Positions 24,831-32,000 of a DNA stretch of 32,000 nucleotides are shown piece after piece. Position 1 is the first letter of the stretch, and every line of letters begins with the position of its first letter. The notes under the pieces were generated by a model. It did no database searches. It was not told the DNA's origin and worked only from the letters and a program-made list of their open reading frames with translations. The stretch is from Thermococcus kodakarensis KOD1 (GTDB lineage Archaea > Methanobacteriota_B > Thermococci > Thermococcales > Thermococcaceae): NCBI RefSeq assembly GCF_000009965.1, contig NC_006624.1, forward strand, positions 2,040,001 through 2,072,000. The letters are read 5' to 3'. The position numbers were made by a program, and so were the translations under genes.

Positions 24831-26159
24831 TTAAATAGTTTTCGGATGTGAAACTTTCTTGACGACGAAATACAGGGTTAGTGCAACCCTAAAGTTCGTC
24901 AGTACGGCAAGGGTCAGGAAGAGTGCCTTTATCGAGGCCGCAATCTGATACAGCAGGAAGAGCATCGTCAGGAATACTCTCTCGTCCCTTTTTCCGGGCA
25001 GTTTTCTGAGGGCCGGTACCTCCTTGTAGGCGTCCCTGCAGAAGGCTCCCCTGAATCTCTCCGTTGAGTAGCTGACCATCACCGAGCCGAGGAGGGCTAG
25101 CAGTGCCACGAAGTACCAGATTGGCTCGTTTATCGTCGCATAGGCCAGCAGTGCCAGGAAGCTTCCGTCAACGTAGCGGTCGAGGATTGAATCAACGTAG
25201 CCGCCGAGCTTACTTGTCCTCAACTGTGCCCTTGCGAGCTCTCCATCAATGCCGTCAAGGATTGAGCTGAGCTGGTAGAGTATTCCCGCCAGCGGAAGGC
25301 TTACCAGTGTCGTCAACGCCGAGATAATGCCGAGTAAGAACGTTACAACCGTCATCTGGTTCGGCGTAACTTTCTCTACCAGCAGTTCACTGACCCTCGT
25401 TGAAATCCTCCTGTTCAGGTGTCTGCTGACGAACCCGTCCCCCGTTCCCTTTACTGCGGTTCTGACGAGCATCCTCCTTGCCCTCTTGATCTCTTCGGGG
25501 GTGTCAACGTCCGTCCAGCCGAGTCCGTCAACGAAGGTCACTGAAACCTTTGCCCGTTCCATAACCTCGCTCAGGGAGTAGTCGCCGTTCTTCTCATTTT
25601 CGAGGATCTCTGTAACCTTGAAAATCTCATCATCGAGGACGAAGAACCCAGTATCAATTGCATCCCATTCCTTGAGCCTTTTCCCGATTTTCCAGACCTT
25701 TTCGTCCTTTACCTGAACTTTCGTTGCCTCCCCAATATCAACCCATCTCGGCTCCCTGTCCGCTATTAGTCCTCGCCCTCTTACTGCCCTCTCGATGAAG
25801 TCCCTGGAATAGACATGGTCGCTCATTGTCAGTGCGAACTTCCCTGAGACTTTCTCCTTGGCAAGGTGAAGGGAATGGCCGTTGCCCTTCTCCGGCTCGG
25901 GGTTTATGATGATTTCAGCGTCAAAGCCGTGCCTCTCTATGAACTCCTGATAAAGGGGTGCGTACCTCTCGTTGGTGACCACAATGAACTTTTTAACACC
26001 GTTTTCCTGGAGCAGCCTTATTGTCCTGTACAGAATCTCCCTCCCGGCTACTCTGACAAGTCCCTTGGGCTTTCTACCCATCCTTGTCCCGAGGCCAGCC
26101 GCTAGGATTACTGCCCTCTCTGGAACCATGGCCATCACCTTTTTAACGGCCCTCTCCAA
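24831..26159 (-). CDS. Bifunctional CTP:inositol-1-phosphate cytidylyltransferase / CDP-inositol:inositol-1-phosphate transferase (IPCT/DIPPS)
   Basis: N-terminal nucleotidyltransferase AVILAAGLGTRMG. C-terminal CDP-alcohol phosphatidyltransferase motif DGIDGELARAQLRTSKLGGYVDSILD plus TM helices. The likely true start is Met11 (26129), with GGTGAT SD. Confidence 0.9.
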   Translation of the reverse strand: MERAVKKVMAMVPERAVILAAGLGTRMGRKPKGLVRVAGREILYRTIRLLQENGVKKFIVVTNERYAPLYQEFIERHGFDAEIIINPEPEKGNGHSLHLAKEKVSGKFALTMSDHVYSRDFIERAVRGRGLIADREPRWVDIGEATKVQVKDEKVWKIGKRLKEWDAIDTGFFVLDDEIFKVTEILENEKNGDYSLSEVMERAKVSVTFVDGLGWTDVDTPEEIKRARRMLVRTAVKGTGDGFVSRHLNRRISTRVSELLVEKVTPNQMTVVTFLLGIISALTTLVSLPLAGILYQLSSILDGIDGELARAQLRTSKLGGYVDSILDRYVDGSFLALLAYATINEPIWYFVALLALLGSVMVSYSTERFRGAFCRDAYKEVPALRKLPGKRDERVFLTMLFLLYQIAASIKALFLTLAVLTNFRVALTLYFVVKKVSHPKTI

Positions 26160-26231
26160 GAGCCGTCAGAAGGACTCAAACGCTCGAGATTAAATTAACC
26201 CTTAGTATTTAAAAATTTTCGGGTGAGCAAA

Positions 26232-26918
26232 ATGCGCGTTGCGGTCCTCTACTCAGGCGGGAAAGACTCGAACTACGCCCTCTACTGGGCGCTGAAGCAG
26301 GGGTTTGAGGTGAAGTACCTCGTCTCAATGGTGAGCGAGAGCGACGAGAGCTACATGTACCACGTCCCAAACATACACCTCACTGAACTTCAGGCAAGGG
26401 CAATAGGGATTCCCCTCGTCAAGGGTTTCACCTCCGGAGAGAAGGAGAAGGAAGTCGAGGACATGAAGGCCGTCCTTGAGGGGCTGAAGATTGATGGAGT
26501 CGTTGTAGGCGCTTTGGCGAGCGAGTACCAGAAGCAGAGAGTAGATAGGGTCGCCAAAGAGCTTGGAATAGAGAGTTTTGCCCCCGCATGGCACAGAGAC
26601 CCTGTGGACTACATGAGGGAGATCATAGGCATCTTTGACGTGGTCATAGTCGGAACAGCGGCTTACGGTCTTGACCAGAACTGGCTCGGAAGAAGGATAG
26701 ATGAGAAGGCCCTGGAAGAGCTGATAAAGCTCAACGAAAAGTACAAGGTCCACGTTGCTGGGGAAGGCGGTGAGTTTGAGACCTTCGTGAGGGACGCGCC
26801 GTTCTTTAGGGCAAGGGTTGTCTTTGACGAGGTCGAGAAGAAGTGGAACGAGTGCAGTTATTCGGGAGTTCTAGAGGTAAGGAGTGCACACTTAGAGCCG
26901 AAAGGCAGTTCTTGGTAG
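26232..26918 (+). CDS. dph6: Diphthine-ammonia ligase-like PP-loop ATPase (Dph6 / MJ0570 family)
   Basis: [11 protein letters not shown]-loop and ~228 aa from ATG 26232 (GGTGA SD 5 nt upstream; the track ORF starts at GTG 26223). Confidence 0.75.
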   Translation: MRVAVLYSGGKDSNYALYWALKQGFEVKYLVSMVSESDESYMYHVPNIHLTELQARAIGIPLVKGFTSGEKEKEVEDMKAVLEGLKIDGVVVGALASEYQKQRVDRVAKELGIESFAPAWHRDPVDYMREIIGIFDVVIVGTAAYGLDQNWLGRRIDEKALEELIKLNEKYKVHVAGEGGEFETFVRDAPFFRARVVFDEVEKKWNECSYSGVLEVRSAHLEPKGSSW

Positions 26919-26982
26919 TACAGTTGCCAATTCATGAAAATATTTATAATCTTCTTCTCCTTTTTACGTTGGGTGGTTGTTT

Positions 26983-27744
26983 ATGATAATCATAGAAGAC
27001 CTTGTTAAGAGCTTCGGACCGACGACAGCAGTGAGGGGAATAAGCTTCTCCGTGAACGATGGCGAGATATACGGCCTTCTTGGACCTAACGGGAGCGGTA
27101 AATCGACGACGATGAAGATAGTGGCTGGAATAATACCGCCCACGTCGGGAAAGGTAACGGTAAATGGAATTGACGTTTCTGCTAATCCTCTCAAAGTTAA
27201 GGAAATCGCAGGATACATCCCTGAGACTCCAGCACTTTACGAAAGCCTCACTCCAATGGAGTTCTTCTCATTCGTCGGAAGCATAAGACGAGTTCCCAAG
27301 GAGGAGCTTGAAGAGAGGGTTGAAAAGCTCTCCAGGGCCTTTGGGATAGATTCCTTCCTCGGGGAGCTAATAGGGACGCTCAGCTTTGGTACGAAGCAGA
27401 AGGTTTCGATAATCTCCGCCCTCCTCCACGATCCTGAGGTTCTCGTTCTCGATGAGGCTGTAAACGGGCTCGACCCAAAGAGCGCAAGGATTCTGAAGGA
27501 GCTACTCCTTGACTTCAAGAAACGGGGGAGGAGCATACTCTTCTCGACCCATGTATTAGAGGTCGCGGAGGCGCTCTGCGACAGGATAGGGATCATCTAC
27601 CGCGGCGAGATCGTCGCCGAGGGGACTCCAAAGGAGCTTAAGGAATTCACAAAGGAGGAGAGCCTTGAAGAGGTATTCCTGAAGCTCACCGAGGGCAAGA
27701 GCGAGGTGGAGGGCATAGTAAAAGCCCTAAGGGAGGCGTTCTGA
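26983..27744 (+). CDS. ABC transporter ATP-binding protein
   Basis: Walker A GPNGSGKST, Q-loop, signature LSFGTKQK, Walker B VLVLDEA, H-loop STH. Start is ATG 26983 after GGGTGG. Confidence 0.9.
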   Translation: MIIIEDLVKSFGPTTAVRGISFSVNDGEIYGLLGPNGSGKSTTMKIVAGIIPPTSGKVTVNGIDVSANPLKVKEIAGYIPETPALYESLTPMEFFSFVGSIRRVPKEELEERVEKLSRAFGIDSFLGELIGTLSFGTKQKVSIISALLHDPEVLVLDEAVNGLDPKSARILKELLLDFKKRGRSILFSTHVLEVAEALCDRIGIIYRGEIVAEGTPKELKEFTKEESLEEVFLKLTEGKSEVEGIVKALREAF

Positions 27745-29198
27745 TGAAAGTCCTTGAAGTCCTCTACCGCGAGGTCGTTTACAGGAGGATGAAGGACAAC
27801 CCGCGTTCGGCGGGCAAGATTTCCCTCGGTCTCGGCTCTTCCGGAGACCTGAAAAAGACGCTCCTGTTTCAGACAGCTATGTATGCCGTTTTCGGCCTGA
27901 TGCTCTTCCCTTCGCTCAAAGGAGAGCGTGATGCAGTGCTTGTGATGGCCTCCACGTACGCCATCCTGCCGTTCATAATAGCTTTCTATGCCACGGTTAC
28001 GAATTCTAGTTACATAGCTTCGCTCGACCTTTTCAAGCCCCTCCTTCCGCTCCCGATTAAACTCGGCGGGAGGTATATGAGCGTTCTCCTGCTCCTCGAA
28101 TCGCTCCCAGTGATGGCTTTCATGGTTCCAGGGGCCGTCAGGATTGGGATGGTCGTTTCGGCTACATCCGGGTTGTTAGTACTCCTTTGGTCTGCCGTAG
28201 GCCTGATGCTCGGCCACGTTTTTGGGCTGCTCGTTTACTACTCCTTTGGGAAGACCTCCTCCGGAAGGTTCGCGGACCTCAAGAGTCTGGCTAAGGCACT
28301 GGGAGTCATCCTAATATTCGGCCTCTTCTACGGCTTCAGCTACTTCCAGGATTACGTCCTCCAGAACTACACCTCCATCAAGGAGTCCCTCGGCGGTTAC
28401 GAGTTTATCTACCCGCTCTCCGTACTTTCCGTGGACAGGCCGTCGTTTTCGGCACCGCTCGCTGGAATCTACATCGCTATCCTGGGGGTTGCCTACTATG
28501 TCCTTATCTCCCGCCTCTGGGTGAGGATAAGCGAGGGTTCTTACACAAGTGGAAGAAGGAGGAGAGCGGGCGGACTCGGGGTGTATCCGCCTGAGCTGGC
28601 TCTGATGGTGAAGGATTTCAAGACCGCGCTGAGGAACACACCCGTCCTTACGGGCCTGCTGGTGCCCATAGTTATCCCCATCATAAACGTGGCGGGAATT
28701 TTTTCGAATCCAGATATCGGGGCGTTCGGGGGCAGGCTCGCAACCATAACTTTCGTGGCGGCGCTCGGCTGGGTCTCTGCGGTGTCCGTGGAAACCCTCA
28801 CCAAAATAGAGGTGAAGTCTTTCGAGCTCCTCCTTTCCCTTCCGCTTGAGCGGGGTCGGTTCCTCAGAGGCAAGCTCCTGACTATGGCGGCGATTCCATC
28901 GGCGGTGGGGGTCTTGGCGCTGCTCGGCCTGTCCCTTAAGGGTTTTTCATCCCCGATCTACCTTCCAATGGCCGTCCTCGTCCCGCTGGCAACGTGCGGC
29001 ATCGCCCTCCATGTGTACTACCACGGCACAGAGGGCCTGGCCCTGCCTCAGGGCGGCATTTTGAAGAGCCTGGCAGTGTGGATCCTAAACGCGGTGGTAG
29101 TCGGCATCATAGCCGGTTCTTGGTACCTCTCGTATCCAATCGCCCTTCTCCTGACGGCTGCAATAGATGCCCTCCTTCTCTGGAGCCTTAACAGGTGA
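27744..29198 (+). CDS. Polytopic membrane protein, presumed permease partner of the ABC ATPase
   Basis: 484 aa, ~10-12 TM segments. The start overlaps the ATPase stop (TGATG). No family recognised. Confidence 0.6.
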   Translation: MKVLEVLYREVVYRRMKDNPRSAGKISLGLGSSGDLKKTLLFQTAMYAVFGLMLFPSLKGERDAVLVMASTYAILPFIIAFYATVTNSSYIASLDLFKPLLPLPIKLGGRYMSVLLLLESLPVMAFMVPGAVRIGMVVSATSGLLVLLWSAVGLMLGHVFGLLVYYSFGKTSSGRFADLKSLAKALGVILIFGLFYGFSYFQDYVLQNYTSIKESLGGYEFIYPLSVLSVDRPSFSAPLAGIYIAILGVAYYVLISRLWVRISEGSYTSGRRRRAGGLGVYPPELALMVKDFKTALRNTPVLTGLLVPIVIPIINVAGIFSNPDIGAFGGRLATITFVAALGWVSAVSVETLTKIEVKSFELLLSLPLERGRFLRGKLLTMAAIPSAVGVLALLGLSLKGFSSPIYLPMAVLVPLATCGIALHVYYHGTEGLALPQGGILKSLAVWILNAVVVGIIAGSWYLSYPIALLLTAAIDALLLWSLNR

Positions 29199-29544
29199 TG
29201 TGGAATATTCCCAGCACTTTTTTCTTTCCATAGAGTTCGTTGAAGACTTCGACGGCCTTTTTGGTTGGGAGTTCAAGGACTTCTTTCCCTTTTATGAGTT
29301 CTCTGCTCTCAGGTAGGAGTGACAGCTTTCCGTACATCCCAGTTCCCACAACGAGAACGTCAAAGTCCTCGGTTAGGTATTCTTTCAGTTCCTCGGGGTC
29401 GAGCTTGTGGCTCGTCCCGTGTTTTTGCTTGCTTATTTTCTTCTTCCTGCGCTCGACCTTTCCGCTTGGATAGAGGACGATGTCGTGCTCGTAGGTGGCT
29501 CCATCAACGATTATCTTCCCGAAAGCGGGGTATTCGAGCCTCAT
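29188..29544 (-). CDS. Mth938-domain (DUF498-like) protein
   Basis: 118 aa. FGKIIVDGATYEHDIVLYP...VLVVGTGMYGKL...GIFHITC matches the Mth938 pattern as I recall it. Confidence 0.7.
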   Translation of the reverse strand: MRLEYPAFGKIIVDGATYEHDIVLYPSGKVERRKKKISKQKHGTSHKLDPEELKEYLTEDFDVLVVGTGMYGKLSLLPESRELIKGKEVLELPTKKAVEVFNELYGKKKVLGIFHITC

Positions 29545-29548
29545 GCTC

Positions 29549-30052
29549 TCACCTCAGACTGAGCGCGTCCCTGAGTATCTCCCCGTGGTCAAATGCCAGT
29601 GGGAGGTTCAGGGCTTCCTCTATCGGGAACACGAAGACTTCCTTGGCGTCGTCGCCTGCCTTCAGCTCTCCCTCCCCGATGCAGAGGAAAGCAACCGTTA
29701 CCGTGTGTCCTCTGGGGTCCCTGTCGGGCCTTGAATAAACGCCCACTAGCTTCACTGGCTTCACGTCAAGTCCCGTCTCTTCCTTAACCTCACGCAGAAG
29801 GGCCTCCTCAACGGTCTCGCCGTATTCGACGAAGCCTCCTGGAAGGGCGTAGTGGTCTTTGAAGGGCTCGTTTTTCCGCTTTATCAGGACGATTCCATTG
29901 TTGTACACTATCACGGCATCGACCGTAAGGCCGATACACCTGTGGGTCTCTGCTTCAAAGCCGTATTTCTCTGCCAGCGCCTTTGCTTCGTCTCTAAAGG
30001 AAGATAAGTCGGCCCCTCTCGGGGCCTTAACCAGAAGAACGTACCTGTCCAT
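29549..30052 (-). CDS. NUDIX hydrolase
   Basis: NUDIX box [25 protein letters not shown] start it at ATG 30052 (MDRYVLL...) because the 12 upstream codons of the track ORF ([12 protein letters not shown]) coincide with a canonical C/D box sRNA. Confidence 0.85.
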   Translation of the reverse strand: MDRYVLLVKAPRGADLSSFRDEAKALAEKYGFEAETHRCIGLTVDAVIVYNNGIVLIKRKNEPFKDHYALPGGFVEYGETVEEALLREVKEETGLDVKPVKLVGVYSRPDRDPRGHTVTVAFLCIGEGELKAGDDAKEVFVFPIEEALNLPLAFDHGEILRDALSLR

Positions 30053-30058
30053 TGAAAC

Positions 30059-30116
30059 CACCTCAGGGAAGTCCCTTCTCATCATCATTCAGCGTGCTGA
30101 CGTTTCATCATCGGTG
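30059..30116 (-). ncRNA. C/D box sRNA (2'-O-methylation guide)
   Basis: The minus strand reads CACC-G-AUGAUGA(C)-AACGUCAGCACG-CUGA(D')-AUG-AUGAUGA(C')-GAAGGGACUUCC-CUGA(D)-GGUG. It has two exact 12-nt spacers, a 3-nt D'-C' loop and a 4-bp terminal stem CACC/GGUG, 58 nt in total. Confidence 0.85.
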
Positions 30117-30136
30117 TTGGGAGTTGGAAGAGGGGG

Positions 30137-31079
<943 letters not shown>

Positions 31080-31081
31080 CT

Positions 31082-31429
31082 ATGAAACGCCTGGGAGTTG
31101 TTTCTCACTACGCGAAGCAGGGCTTTCTCATAGTTAGGACGAACTGGGTGCCGTCGCTTAATGACCCAGTTGTCGACAAGGAACTGAAGCCCGTCGGAGT
31201 AGTCAAGGATGTTTTTGGTCCGGTTAATTATCCCTATGTCGCCGTTAAGCCTCGGGTTAAAGATCCCGAGAAGTACGTTGGTGCCCTTCTCTACGTTGGC
31301 AGGCGGGAAAAAGGTGGCAAGAAGGCCCCCCAGAAAGGAAAGACTAGCGGTAAAAACAGATCTCCAAAGAAGGCTAGAAAAGGTAAGACTGGCAAGCGTT
31401 CCGGCCCCACCCCCAGGAGAAGGGGGTGA
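31082..31429 (+). CDS. gar1: H/ACA RNP protein Gar1 with Lys/Arg/Gly-rich C-terminal tail
   Basis: 115 aa. Gar1 barrel pattern [16 protein letters not shown]...[28 protein letters not shown]. It lies immediately upstream of tfb, as in other Thermococcales. Confidence 0.85.
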   Translation: MKRLGVVSHYAKQGFLIVRTNWVPSLNDPVVDKELKPVGVVKDVFGPVNYPYVAVKPRVKDPEKYVGALLYVGRREKGGKKAPQKGKTSGKNRSPKKARKGKTGKRSGPTPRRRG

Positions 31430-32000
31430 GAGGGATTAGCCCGAAGAGGGTATGCCCTATTTGCGGTTCGACCGAATTTATATACGACCCGCGAAGGGGA
31501 GAGATAGTCTGTGCCAAGTGCGGCTACGTAATTGAGGAGAACGTAGTGGATGAGGGGCCGGAGTGGAGGGCGTTCGAGCCAGGTCAGAGGGAAAAGCGCG
31601 CCAGAACAGGGGCGCCCATGACGTTGATGATCCACGACAAAGGCCTTTCTACGGATATAGACTGGCGCGACAAGGATATACACGGGAACCAGATAACCGG
31701 CATGTACAGGAACAAGCTTAGAAGGCTCCGCATGTGGCAGCGCAGGATGCGCATCAACGACGCCGCCGAGAGAAACCTTGCATTCGCCCTCAGCGAGCTT
31801 GACAGGATGGCCGCCCAGCTCCGCCTGCCGAGGCACCTTAAGGAGGTCGCCGCTTCCCTCTACAGGAAGGCGGTCATGAAGAAGCTCATCCGCGGCCGTT
31901 CAATAGAGGGTATGGTCTCTGCCGCACTCTACGCCGCCTGCAGGATGGAGGGCATTCCAAGAACGCTGGACGAGATTGCATCGGTATCCAAGGTCTCAAA
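31426..32000 (+). CDS. tfb: Transcription initiation factor TFB, N-terminal ~190 aa (continues beyond window)
   Basis: Not in the ORF track (unterminated). The frame opens at GTG 31426, overlapping the gar1 stop (GTGA). Zn ribbon CPICGS...CAKCG, B-reader/linker EGPEWRAF, and the first cyclin fold ([21 protein letters not shown]...[17 protein letters not shown]). Confidence 0.93.
   Translation, partial: MRGISPKRVCPICGSTEFIYDPRRGEIVCAKCGYVIEENVVDEGPEWRAFEPGQREKRARTGAPMTLMIHDKGLSTDIDWRDKDIHGNQITGMYRNKLRRLRMWQRRMRINDAAERNLAFALSELDRMAAQLRLPRHLKEVAASLYRKAVMKKLIRGRSIEGMVSAALYAACRMEGIPRTLDEIASVSKVS

Noticed and set aside
30053-30088. First 12 codons ([12 protein letters not shown]) of the track NUDIX ORF.
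   Set aside because: They coincide exactly with the C'/guide/D half of a canonical C/D box sRNA. A good ATG (30052) follows, giving a normal NUDIX N-terminus.

Overview
This window looks like a densely packed chromosomal segment of a Thermococcus-like (Thermococcales) archaeon. The evidence is the gene set (PAN, KEOPS Cgi121, Gar1-TFB, archaeosine QueC, diphthamide Dph6, di-myo-inositol-phosphate synthesis), BRE/TATA-type promoters, GGTG-type ribosome-binding sites and tRNA genes with encoded CCA. I can support about 40 protein genes, 3 tRNAs (Lys-UUU, Phe-GAA, Gly-UCC) and one canonical C/D box sRNA. The ORF track hides that sRNA inside the first 12 codons of a NUDIX ORF. Two edge-truncated genes are also missing from the track: TFB at the right edge and a hypothetical gene at the left edge. 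The main anomaly is a ~1 kb ORF-free, AT-richer interval (8881-9893) between a BlaI-like repressor gene and tRNA-Lys. It consists of four tandem 229-280 bp units. Each unit has a conserved palindromic boundary, a variable body, a pyrimidine tract and a 17-nt hairpin that shows compensatory base changes. I could not assign it to any RNA or mobile-element family I know. About 4.3 kb away is an orphan Cas6-family gene with no CRISPR array or other cas genes in the window, and no His where the Cas6 catalytic His is expected. Other accessory-looking items are a BlaI/BlaR1-like repressor-protease pair apparently co-transcribed with dCMP deaminase, a VapBC pair translationally coupled to queC, a lower-GC surface protein (14 thrombospondin-type-3 Ca-binding repeats plus a transglutaminase-like core) next to two tRNAs, and a cdrS-ftsZ-parA-RHH cluster. 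All calls come from reading motifs by eye. No database search, folding or statistics were run, and several start codons are judgement calls.
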